A stretch of 64,000 bases of DNA from Lama guanicoe (taxonomy: Eukaryota). The notes under the pieces are model-generated. The model worked only from the letters and a program-made list of their open reading frames with translations. It did not search any database and was not told where the DNA came from. The DNA lies in assembly GCA_013239625.1 (NCBI GenBank), contig MU053559.1:3722607-3786606 (forward strand). The letters are read 5' to 3'. Positions 1-13,400 of the stretch are shown piece after piece (position 1 is the stretch's first letter; every line of letters starts with the position of its first letter). The translations under genes were made by a program, and so were the position numbers.

Positions 1-1780
1 TGTCACACAGCATTAGGTGGCTATTTAAGTTCCAGTACAGACAGGCAAAGTTTGGTTTCCTTCAAGGAGCTGTTCATACTACAGATCAATAAAGATAAAG
101 GAAAGGCAGAACTTGAAGTCTCAAGACTATTGTCCACCTGTCTGTCTCTCTGTGTCTAGTCCAAGCTCCTCATTCCAGACATGAGGAGGCTGAGACTCAG
201 AGCACTGAAGAGACTGGTTCAACATCACTCAGCTAATTAATGGCACGGCTGAGGGCTTGTTCTCCTGAGCATCCTGCCTGTACTAAGTGCTCAACACAAT
301 TGATTGAATCAAAATCCATCCTCAATCTAGTATGGTACCCTCTTTCCTACTCTATGATGAGTTAGATGACTGAGTCTCACCTACTTCACATGAGTGTTAC
401 AAGAAATAATTCTGACATTTGGAGTCACTTAGAAAACAAAAGTATTGACATCATCTTCTGAAGAGCCTAATCATTATTAAATGTTTAACTTATTTTTGGT
501 ACATGTAATAAAATCTTTATTAATATAGAGTGAAACTTAAAATCTTATCAACCTACAATGTAGTTCAGCCTTGGAAAAATATATTTTCCAAACACTCTTT
601 TGATTTTGATGCAGTTGGTTCTGGGAACCATTGCTTCAGTCAATGACATTCAGAGTTCTAAGGGTTTTGACTTATAAAAATTTTTGAGTTCAGCCACTAT
701 GTGGAATCATAACCCAAATGTCTACATCCATGCTGGTATTTATTTTGCTATTAATAAGGAGGGAAAGCAGGAAATCCAAAAGAAAATGTCAAGCTTAGGG
801 TGGCATAATGAAAAAAAGGACCCATTAGATACTATTCTTGACTTTGTGACAAGCTGGTTGTGGAGCCTTGGACAAATCATTTCCCATCACTGGACCCCAA
901 ATTCTTCCTCTGTTGAGGGAATGGGTGGACACTAAAATAGTTCCCTTCCTGACATCAAATTTCATGCTTGCTTGAATAAAGAAATCCGTCTGCAAATGTG
1001 GGAACTTCTGCGGCATTTCCCTGACTTGCAAAGTCATCAAAGTAACTTTCAAAGAAAGAGCTGCTAGTGGATTTGCTGCTTAATTTTTAAATTAAATGCA
1101 GACAGAAATATACATTTGTGTGTGTGTTGGCCCTTTTCAAAAGCTGACAAAAGATTTAGGGCCACCTGAAAGAAGGGAAGACCAGAAATCTCCAGAGGCA
1201 GTTCCCCAATAGCCTAATGAGTGTTTCCAGATAAGAGTTTATTTGAACCAAGGATTCCAAGGCAAAACAAATACAACAAGACAGAAAGAGAAAAGGGAGA
1301 AAGAAGAAAGCCATTGTCCTGAGATAATTGTTTTATACTAGGAAGCTCTTGGGAGAAGCGAACATCAGAGCTGTGTCCTAGACAATCAAGTTGGAACACT
1401 TATGTATAGATTTGCTTTTTAGAAAAAGTACATCAGAGAACCCTGGAAAAGGGATAATGGTCTCGCAAAGTGATTGGGACTTGGCCTCTAAAGCTTCTTC
1501 TCACAGCTAACGTTTTGTATGGTTTTTCTCCATCCATCTCACTGGGAAACCCTGCCTCTCAACTACTGTAAAATGAACACAAATACATAAAACTAAATTC
1601 CTATAAGCACATGAGCAAGCACTGAGTCAAGGGGGCATAGAAGAATACAAAAAAGATGATCTGTTGGAATTTTGAGGATATTAATTAATTACTGCGTTTT
1701 TCATAACGCTATTATACGGTTGTTAGGGCAACAAGTTCAGTACAAAGCTAACCCTTTACGTTTCAGATGTAAATTCTTAC

Positions 1781-1834
1781 CGTATTTCTTTATGGACTTT
1801 AGCAAGGCGGTCAGCTTTTCGAGCAAGTATGAAG
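1781..1834 (-). CDS. MAOA: MAOA exon 10 (FILARKADRLAKVHKEIR)
   Basis: 54 nt; acceptor CTCCAG, donor GTAAGA. The gene continues beyond the left edge of the window. Confidence 0.95.
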
Positions 1835-2149
1835 CTGGAGAGAGAGGTGACATTTGAATGATTAGGTGACAATGGTTAATCTGAAGAGTTGCCTCTTCTT
1901 TTTCAAGCATTCTTGCCTCCACCTACTCGGCATTAATAAACGCTCCCACACTCGCCCACTATTCCCCTCTAGCAGAGCAAATGCCATGCTGTCTTCAGCT
2001 GCCCGTATGTCCAAAAGCCCTGCTAGGCTGTGGGCTCCTAAATGACAGGTCACCTCCTACTCAATATTTTACCCCCAACGTTTAGCCCAGTTCTTGGCAT
2101 CCAGTAGGAAATCGAGCGTTAGATGAATTAATGTTGCATTAAATGATTA

Positions 2150-2280
2150 GAATACAGACTTGTGGTTACCAGGGGGGTGGAGGGTGGGAAGGGATAGACT
2201 GGGATTTCAAAATTGTTGAAGAACACTGGTATTTGACACAACATTGTAAAATGATTATAAATCAATAAAAATGTTAAAAA
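2150..2280 (+). mobile_element. Short L1 3'-UTR fragment with an internal deletion
   Basis: Nearly identical to parts of the L1 at 10575-11100; TSD aaatgatta at 2141 and 2281. Confidence 0.8.
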
Positions 2281-2359
2281 AAATGATTATCCTGGTAATG
2301 ACTGTTGCCTTCGGCCAAGTACTTGCTAAAAGTTGGAAAAACAAATATCAGTCCATGCC

Positions 2360-2740
2360 TGTAGTGGATGCCATGCTGAGCCATCCAGATCCCTCTTCAG
2401 GACCAAACACTCATTACCCTCAGCTCACAGCTGAACCCTTCCCTAGCAAGTGCACTCTGTCGCAGAGAACCTCCTGGCTCAAGGTCCCACCCCTTCCCAG
2501 AATGGCTGGCTCCAGAGGGCAGTGGGTACCGAGACCCACTCCCTGGCCTCAGTGCAGGCTCCCTCTGAAGGGCCATTCCAGCTCCAGAGCTTCCCATGGG
2601 ATGGCTGAGGCCTCCCTCTCTGCCCAACCCTGATTCTTTCCCTTCCCCATGGGTAGTGCTCCCTAGAGCACTGCGCGATGAACTTCCTGCACCCGCATCT
2701 CCATCTCCAAGGTGGCTTCCCGGGAAACTGGCCTAGCACA
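2360..2740. mobile_element. Old ERVL-type LTR (LTR16-like)
   Basis: tgtagtggatgcc..cagatccctcttcagg...catctcca..ggcttcccgggaa; recognised by resemblance only. Confidence 0.5.
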
Positions 2741-5165
2741 GCCCTCAAATTCAGTGACTCAGTCAAACTCAGTTATAATCTGTCTGCTTCCCTTTAATCA
2801 AATAGATTCTATTTATTATGTTGATATTACGAATTGCATGTATATTTTAAAGAATTGAATTGTGACAAGAAATCCTTAGTTAAGCTATTATTAGGAAGCT
2901 TTCAAAAATCCAAATGAGATAAAGGACAATGAAATTATTTCTCCATCTAAAAGAAGTTTTAAAAGTGTATTTTGTTGTTATTGCTCTAGATCAAAAAGAC
3001 AAGTAGATCAGGACTGAAAATCCAAGGGCTGAAAACAGATATTTTGTCCTCTCCTTCAGTCCCCCCAGTTAAACTGTCCCTCACTTTGATTGGCAATTCC
3101 TATAGAATTGTTATTCGAGATCATTCTGGGAAGCAAAGATACAAACTGTATCTGTGTTAACCCAGAGAATAGTATTTCAGAGGAAGTTGTGGACTATTCA
3201 AGAAATTTGAACTACTGAACTTTACGGGATAGAGTCATAATTTTGCTTGATTTAACTAACACTTTATGTTGTGGCTTGCTAATAATGATTTTAGTTAAAT
3301 TTTAGGTTTGTACACCTAAAACACTGTAAATCGATTTACTTCAATAAAAAATAAAAATCAAAAAATTTGGGGGTTTATGCAAGAATCAATTATTTTAGAC
3401 TTTTGCAGTATTTCAATGAAAATCACCAATATGCGATGAACGACAATCATTTATCTGAAAAGCTTTTCAGATCTGTGCTTTCTACAGTTCCTTTTTTAAA
3501 GGGCAGTTGCTCTTGGCTATTTCTGTCAAATCTCAAGTTGAGAATGAAATAACCTCTTTGATCTAATTCTAACTATGGATAACTCTCTTTTAACTTCCTT
3601 TGGTGTTTTATTGAGGAAATCAAACACCCTGTTTTGGGTTGGGAACATTTCGCAGCTTTAAAGTACAAGGTCCTTTCTAGTTTCCAAAAGGCACTAGTTA
3701 TAAACAAACAGTGCTGGGCAATTATACCACCCCTATCTTCAAGATTTTCATTGCCCAGAGCAAAGAGCAGGGTGAAGGCAATATAGCTGCAAGGCAAGAA
3801 CAGGGCGGAAGCAACTGTCCAGATAAAACAGATTAGAATATCACTTTTTAGGAACTAGCTAAATAACTCCATTACCATCTAGGAGGCTTCAGTGATACAT
3901 GTCCTTGTTAATAAAGCTGGGTAAAGCCCAGAAGAGCAGATGCCACAAAATTGAACTCCCAGGGCAAGAAGAATGTCAATGTTCTTTCATCTGCAGTTGG
4001 ATTGGTCTTGACTGACAGTCTCCTGAAACCTCAACCTCAATCTCTTGCTTTTCTTTGGCACATAGAAAGTGATGACAAACTGCCCAAACAATCTCTGTCT
4101 CTTCTTGCCCAGTGGGGTTAGAGGTGAAGAGGGCGCCATGTTCCTGTAGTCATTACGTCATGAACCCCTGCCCTTTCCTGTGAGGCTGGTGTTATTTCTT
4201 ATATTTTTCAGCCAGAGGACTGGTTACAAAATGTCCCGTTGGCAGGCCAGTAGCACAGCCTGCTTTCTAAGTCCCTAGGGCCATGGGTCTGCTCCTTCTG
4301 ATTTTGTCATTTCCCTTCAGTGGTGCAATGCACACGAGCTCAACACTCCTACGGGTGAAGGGGAAAGGCACTGGTCTCCAAAAGTCACTCAACTGCTATG
4401 GACCCTGTGCTCTTTTATTGCAAATGTGGTAGAATAAATATCTCTTTTGTTTGTACAGCTTTGAAGAAGACTAAAAGGCATGGCAACTGGGAGGCTACGG
4501 CACTCCTTGGCAATTCCTTCATGGGAGCCCTGCTCCCCTCTCTGGACTCCTTGTCCCCAGAAAGCAGAGCAGCTGTGTGAGGGGATGGGAGGAGAAGGAA
4601 AGAGCTCTTCTCTTCCAGACACAGAACCATGCCCTGGGCCATCCTTGGTGAAGGCTAGCTTGGAGTGACCTATTGGAAAAAGGGCCCCACACTCAAGGCC
4701 TGGCTCCACTTTGAACTGCACTTCCCGATGGTCATCCATCTTACATCCCAGGGTAACAATGAACATATTAATGTTTGCTATGTGGTGATGTCTTGAATGG
4801 AGAAAAGAATAAAGCCCAGAAACCCTAACTTTGGAAGGTTTTACAGGATAAAACCATTCTCATTCCAGAATGGCTGTCAACCTTCTGCCCTAGGGGAGGT
4901 TGTCCACCACACTGCCTGTCTCGCTGCTTTCTTCACTCTGTCCTCAACATGTAAGTTTTATGGGGGAAAGAAATGTATGAGCATGAGTTCAAAGTGGTGT
5001 GAACTTAGTAAGGTTTCCCAGTGTTCAGCACATGGAGACATGATAGATTGTCTGTAGGGTTACTTATCATTGCTTGAGTTCAACTCCAAAACAACATGCT
5101 CTGCCAGCAAGCACACCAACACACCAGCAGAGTCTGGAAAATGCAGAACACCTGGTTCTAACTTA

Positions 5166-5264
<99 letters not shown>

Positions 5265-6112
5265 TTAACCAGAAGAAAATCAACAGAAAAGTGAGGCTGA
5301 CCTCATCAGAGATTTAGGGGAGACATTTTTATGTATATAGAAAACTATTTTGCTAAGAGAAAGGCAAACTTTAGACTATTGGTCTTTGCCACAGCCCTAG
5401 AAGTTATTTTCTATTAAATATACACACTGACAATATAAGGATGTCTATTCACCCAGACACATTCAAAAATGACCTTCTGCATAAAGGTCAGGTATGATCA
5501 ATGCATAACTAAAATTGTAAGATGGCTCTGGAGTCCTGGAATCCATGGGGAAAGAGAGAGGTGTGTTAGAGGGAATCACCCCTGTGAAACCTGGAAGAAG
5601 TGATGGGAAGTGGTCCTTTGAGTATGAGCGGAAGACATGTCAACCACAGCCACCCTCTCCGCCCAGACCCTGCCTCACTGAATCCTCACAACTCCCCGAC
5701 AGTAGGTCTCATTGTTCCCATTTTACACAGAGGCTGATGCTGAGAGAAGTGAAGTGTCACACCTGAGGCCACACAGCTAGTAAGCAAGTGAAGCCCAGGC
5801 ACATGTGACTTGGAAGCAGCGCTCTTTCCATAGTGCTCCTTTGCCTCACTCTGCTCGTGCAGGAGCCAGGGCCATAGCGGCCCCTCAACTGGAGGGACCT
5901 CTTCCTTATCTCTCACTGCTAGCACGTGCTCTTGGTGTCATTTTGTGTGGCTAGGGGGTATCAGGAGATGGACAAATTGAGACTTCTGATCCTTTCTCTA
6001 TCAATTTGAAACACTTATCTTTTTTTCCTGTTCAGGATGGAGTAGATAATGTTCTTAAAAGAGTGTGGTCCTGTCACTTAACACAATTTAAACATGAGTG
6101 TGTGCAACCTAC

Positions 6113-6272
6113 CCTTCTTCTTCCAAAAGGCTTCCCTGTAATACATCATGCACTTAATGATAGCTCCCATTGGAAGGCGCTGAATTAACTGGTTTCTCTC
6201 TGATGGAAGTTGTGGTCTGAAGTGTATCTTGGCAGTCAAAGTTGGAGGGATGGCACTAATTACGTATCGGCA
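6113..6272 (-). CDS. MAOA: MAOA exon 8 ([53 protein letters not shown])
   Basis: 160 nt; acceptor TTTTAG, donor GTAGGT; hand translation. Confidence 0.97.
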
Positions 6273-6561
6273 CTAAAACACACAGACACAAAATACCGTC
6301 TCAAATGTGAGTTACAATCTTTACAGACGGCATGAAACATCACATCATTTTCAATGACACTGAGCAAGAACAATGTACAAAATGAGGCCACCGTGAGGCA
6401 ACCAAACAGAACAAGGGAGATCAATCAAGGCTGAAATTTGGAAGACTGAGTCAGAAACATGGCAGCATTCATTACACCACTGCTTAGATTATATTTGGTT
6501 AGAAGCTGCAGGAGACACAAGACCTATTTAATATACGCTCCTTTGGACTAAACTGAATTAC

Positions 6562-6711
6562 CTCATAAAGTTCATGATTCAGCGTCCGTATGGTGATATT
6601 GTCACCTGACTGGTCAACAAAGGTGACAGGACACCTTAGCTTCACTCTGTCCCCGAGCAGTTGCATTATCCGTTCGCTTACTTGACCAGATCCACCCACA
6701 AACTTCCGTTC
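6562..6711 (-). CDS. MAOA: MAOA exon 7 ([50 protein letters not shown])
   Basis: 150 nt; acceptor TGGTAG, donor GTAATT. Confidence 0.97.
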
Positions 6712-7147
6712 CTACCAGAAAAGGCAGGCGGGAAAGGAAATGTTATAAAAGCTCAAGGAAAGAAAATCATATTTGCCACTGATTAGAAAACCTCCAGAAA
6801 GTCACAGGCTATCCCTCCACCCTCCGCACCCTTAAATGCTGGAAGAACTCATCAGAGGCAAAGACTACCAAGACACCTCGAGCATCTTGTTCTGCACAGC
6901 TTCTGGTGATGACGAGCTGTTACTAGTTCATAAAATCACAGAATCAGAATAAAGGTTCTCCTGTACCCGAGGCACCCTGACTGAATGCAAACATCAGCGA
7001 GTCCATGGGTTTCAAATGCCCAAGAACGCAGTGCATCAAGAGAGCCCCGGGACAGGGAGGGCGCTGTACTTCTCCCAGGGGATTTTTTAAAATTACTTTT
7101 TCTTGTTTTATTGAGATGTTTCTAACTCTTCTTGGTTTCTTTGCTTC

Positions 7148-7560
<413 letters not shown>

Positions 7561-7580
7561 CAGAGTCCTCTTGGTTTCTT

Positions 7581-7749
7581 TCTTTCTTTTTCTTTTTCTT
7601 TCTTTCTTTTTTTTTTTTTGTGGGGGAAGGTAATTAGGTTTACTTATTTATTTACTTATTTTTTCAGAGGAGGTACTGGGGATTGAACCCAGGACCTTGT
7701 GGATGCTAGGAAAGCACTTTATCACCTGAGCTATACCCTCCCCACTGCC
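7581..7749 (-). mobile_element. tRNA-derived SINE (Vic-1-like)
   Basis: GGGGAGGGTATAGCTCAGG (A box)...GGTTCAATCCC (B box) and an A-rich tail. 21-bp TSD acagagt(c/t)ctcttggtttctt at 7560 and 7750. Confidence 0.88.
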
Positions 7750-9580
7750 ACAGAGTTCTCTTGGTTTCTTAAAGCCCCAGCAAAGGGTTGTCTAGGCAGA
7801 ACAGGCTCATGATGTCCTTAAGGCTCATCTGGTCATCACCAAATGATGTTCTAAGAATCTAAATCTAAGATGTTGAGAACATTTTGCAAAAATGTCTGGA
7901 AGTTTCACTGTGAGGGCAGAAGGGTGAAGGCTGAGCGCCTGCCTGTCCCTGCGGACACTGTAAACAGTTCCCTTGAGCAGCCCTCTAAGACCACGAGTGC
8001 TTGGCCCTACTGCGATCTGCTACACTCACCATGGAAATGGGTCCTGCTTGATCTAACATCAGGCCTTAATACAGTGCATTTTGTAAGAACCAAGGGGAAT
8101 ATTTTTAGCCTGTTGTAGAAGATTCTTTGAATGGTTAGAAATACATGTAGGCCGACTGAGGCACAGCCGACATTTGACAATTAGGTACCTCACTCACATT
8201 CCTCCAGAAAACCTGCATCAACAGCCACATAGTGATTTTTGAACTTTAATAACAGGTTATTATTCAAATGGCACCACCAAAGTTCTTTATAAAAATATTC
8301 CCATAGTAATTTAGACCTTAATTCATGATCTGTCCTTCCTCCTGAAACTGGGATCATTTAATCATTTGACCTGTCTTCCAAGAGTCATTCTGAATTTTAG
8401 TATAGTGGAAAGATCATGAACTATTTCCATCTTGTTCACTGTCCACTCCTTCATGTCTAATATTTGTTGAACTAAACAATTAAAGGATAAATCTAAGTTC
8501 TTTATAAAAATATTGTGATAAAGGTTGAGATTCATAATCTGAACTGTGCCCTCCAAAAGGTCATGTGGAGTTTGCCTACAAGTATCTTGGCTCCTCTGAA
8601 TGAGAGATATAAATATAAAATATGAGTCAAGATATCTTGAAAAGTAAAACAGAGGTTAAAAGGAGTAATGTGGGATTTCTAAGTGTAAAGACACTTAAAA
8701 ATGCAACTGCCTTGCATTTGCTAAAGTTAAGGGTCAAATGGACAATAGCTCTTGGGACCACAGGAACAACTTGGGGACTTCCGGAGATCTCCCAAGAAGA
8801 ATAATTCACTTTGTGGACAAAGATTCTACACCTCATACTATGAAACATGAAACAGAGGGTAAATTAGAAGTAAACTGCTCCTAATTAAGCCTCATCCCAT
8901 CAAGGTATACCATTACTAGAAAAGAGATACCCATTATCTTTTGATAAGGGAAAACCTTGAAACAAAGAATCTCAGAGTCTGGAAATTCAGGGAATTAAGG
9001 ATTCTGGCTTCATCACTAGTTTGCTGTGTGTCCAACCAATGAGCCAAATGAGTTCATTCATCAGTAATGGAGGTGGTATAGAAGCTGGGCAAACGCTAAT
9101 GGGCAGCAGAAATTTAGAAGCCAAAGTGTAGAATTTACTACTGAAAAAGTGACAATCACTTGAATTAGAAAAAAGAAGTCACTTCCATTCTATAATGGTT
9201 AACATAAAATAATAACTCTGAGACACAGAACAGGACCAAAAAAAGTCTCACACCTGGAACAGAGATGATTTTAAGTACAATAATTTTACAAGTACTAGAA
9301 TTTTTTGGAAATTAGTTGATTTTAGTAATTTAGCTCCTCCTACATAGTCTAATTTTATGTACCTCCAACAGGAAGGAACTGAATTCTCCACACCCAATTC
9401 ATTTAAAATGAAACATTCTTTAGCTGTGAACTTACTTTCAGGAATGACAAAAGTAAAGGAGAAATTTGGTTTTCAGCAAAGTTTTTTGTGATCATTTCAA
9501 AAATTCATGTTGCAAATTCACTTATGTTGCAAAATACAGAAGCAATTACTAAGATACTGTATTGGGTGAGGGTGAAATCA

Positions 9581-9805
<225 letters not shown>

Positions 9806-10479
9806 TCACAGCACATTATCTTTTTAAAACATAATTTCGTATGGTTAGAAAGCATTTCTATTGCTTTTGGGGAAAAAAAAACACTCATGGACTCAATTTC
9901 GGAAGGAATGCACATTTTAACTCTTGGGGAAAATAAACGTTTCCTTTGCTTTTAGGAAATGATGAGTTAGCTCCAAACATGCTAATCCCAGTGCAGTCTA
10001 AAGGGTAAATATACTTGTCAGGTATATTAAGGATATTGTTTTCATTTATTTGAACAAACTTCCTCTCCTTTCCACCTCCACTGCTCCCATCCTGGTCCAG
10101 GCCACCACTGTCCCTTACTCAGGTTAAAACAATGGTGGCTGCTCCTGGTCATCCCTACCTCTCATATTGACTATATCCCCTTATGATCCTTCTCTACGTT
10201 ACAATCAAGTAAGTCTTTTAACAGTGCAAAATGAAAAAAAACCCCCAAACACTCTGCTTAAAATCCTTCAATGGTGTTTATGGCAAAAGGCAAAAATTCT
10301 GAATACAGCCAATATATCTTGCACCATCAGACTCGCAACAAATTCTCCAAGCTCCCATTGCATCACTTCCTCATGGCATCTTTATGGATCAGGCATACTG
10401 TCCACTCTTTGCTAAAATATGCCAATCTCCCCATCTCAGAGTCTTCATAAGCTGTTCCCTGTTCTCCATACTAGAAAAA

Positions 10480-13400
10480 AAAGATATTTCCCACCCACAC
10501 TATCCTTCACATCCTCTAACATTATTTGTGGCTAATTACTGGAAGATATCATGCCTCAACTATTCATCCTTCCATGGAAACAGCCTAAATGTCCATCAAC
10601 AGATGATTGGATAAAGAAGCTGTGGTATATTTATACAATGGAATACTACTCAGCCATAAAAACCAACAACATAACGCCATTTGCAGCAACATGGATGCTC
10701 CTGGAGAATGTTATTCTAAGTAAGCCAGAAAGAGAAAGAAAAATACCATATGAGATCACTCATATGTGGAATCTTAAAAAAAACACAAACAAAGCATAAA
10801 TACAAAACAGAAATAGACTCATAGACATAGAATACAAACTTGTGGTTGCCAAGGAGGTGGAGGGTGGGAAGGGATAGACTGGGATTTCAAAATTGTAGAA
10901 TAGATAAACAAGATTATACTGCATAGCACAGGGAAATATATATAAGATCTTATGGTAGCTCACAGAGAAAAAAAATGTGACAATGAATATATATATGTTC
11001 ATGTATAACTGAAAAATTGTGCTCTACACTGGAATTCCACACAACATTGTAAAATGATTATAAATCAATAAAAATGTTAAAAAAAAAAGTAAAAAGAAAA
11101 AACTATTCATCCTTCCAGTCTGTCCCCATCCACTGTAACTCATTCTTGAAAGAAACCACTCCCCACATCCTCCCCCTTCATCCTTTCCCCCCATCTACTG
11201 TGGCTCATTACTGGAACGTATCACCGTCCTCACCAACCATATCTCCTATCTCCTCCATACACTATGGCTCATTCCTGAAAGATACCATTCACCAAATCAT
11301 CCATCCTTCCTGTCTCCCCTGACTCCAACACTGCGGCTCATTCCTGTAAGATACCAACCAATCCCATACCATCCATTGGTCCTGTTTTATACAATTCATT
11401 GCGATTCACTCCTGGGACATATATCCTCCCCCTATTCACATGTCTGATCTCCACTCATCCACTGTCCTCATTTGTGGAAGATATATCATCCCTCAATACC
11501 ATCCATCAGTCCTGTATCTCCCATCAACTGGCTCATTCCTTTAAGATACCATCCACTCTTCCTGTCTCTCCCAACAACCAGTTCATCCTTGGATGATAAC
11601 AATCGCCCCCCAATCCCTCCTGTGGCTTATTCCTTCAAGATACCACCCCCCAAATCACTCATCTATCCCATGCATACAGCCCATCAGATGTGGCTCATTT
11701 CTTCATGATACCTTGCACCCACATCATTCACCCTACCTGTCTCCTCTCACAATCACTGTAGTTCATTCCTGATGATACCACCCCTTCACACCATCCATTC
11801 TTCCTGTAATTCCCCCACTCCAAGCACTATGGTTCCTTCCTGGAAGATATCATCACACCAATGGCTTCCTGTCTCCTCCTAACCACAGTATCTCATCCTG
11901 GAAGCTACCATTCCCTCACTGTATACTGCTATACCCCCATCACTGTGGCTCATTCCTGGAAGATACCACCCACCCCTTCCTGTCTCCCCTACCCACTGTG
12001 GCTAATTCCTGGAAGATACCATATCCTCACACCATCCACTATTTCTGTCTCTCCCAACAAGTGGCTCATCCTCAGAAGATATCATCTTAACATACAATCA
12101 ACCCTTCATCTCCCCACTTTTTACTATGGTTCATTCCTGGGCCACACCATCTCCTCACATCATCACTCTTCCTGTCTCCCCTACATACTATGGCTCATTC
12201 CTGGCACATACCATTCCCTCACATCATCCATCCTTTCTGTCTTCCCCATTCCTAGAAAATATCATCCCACCATAACACTCATCCTTCCTGTTTCCCCCAT
12301 CCACCGTGGCTTATTCCTGGAGGATGTGGTGAGGGGTATCTTCCAGGAATGAGCCACAGTGATGGGGAGGAGACAAGATAGGTGGAAAGATAGAAGATGT
12401 TGGAGGATGGTATGTAGTGCATGGGGGTGGGGGAGGTGGGGAGACAGGAAGAGTATGAGGAAACGGTATCATCCAGGAATAAGCTACAGTGACTGTGAGG
12501 GGAGATAAGCAGGGTGGAAGATACTCATTTGGCTTTATTCCTGGGAGATATCATTCCTTATTATATTTACTATTTCTATATCCCCCATCAACTGCAGTAT
12601 TCCTGCTAGATACCACCTCCTGCCACAGTTCATTTTTCTGCTTTCCCCCATCCACAATGGTTCATACCTGGAAGATACCATATTCCCACAACATCCATTT
12701 TCCCCTATCTACCACCATCCACTGTGACTCATTCCTGGAAGATGGCATCTCATATCATCCATCACTCCTGTCTGGAAAATACCATGCCCCTACATCATCC
12801 ACCCTTCCTCTCCACCCCCTCCCCAGTCACTATGGCTCATTCCTGGATGATACCATTCCCTTACAGCATCCACTCTTCCTGTCTTTCCCATTCACAATGG
12901 CTCATATGTGGAAGACACCGTATTCCCACACCATCCATCCTTTTTGTCTCCTCCCCATCGACTATGGCTAACTCCTGGAACCTACTCTCCTCCCATACCA
13001 TCCATCTTCCTGTCTCCCACATCCACAGTGGGACATTCCTGGTAAATACCATCCTCCCACAACATCCATCCTTCCTGTCACCTACCATCCACTATGGTTT
13101 AATCCTGAAATATACCATCTCCTCACACCATTTACTCTTCTTGCATCCCCTGATCTACTGTGGTTCATTGCTTAAGGATACCATCCCACCACACATATCC
13201 TGTCTCCCCCAGGGCACTGTGGTTCATTCCAGGTAGATACCAATCCAGGAAAACATCCATCCTCACTGTCTCCCCCTACACACTGTGGTTCATCCCTGGA
13301 AGATATCATCCTCCCACACCATCCATTTTCCCATACACCACCATCCACTACGGCTTATTCATGGAAGATAATATCTCTCACACCATGCATCATTCCTGTC

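Noticed and set aside
10551..10799. 82-aa ORF with L1 ORF2 similarity as an active element
   Set aside because: It is a 5'-truncated ~0.5-kb fragment with no endonuclease or reverse transcriptase domain.
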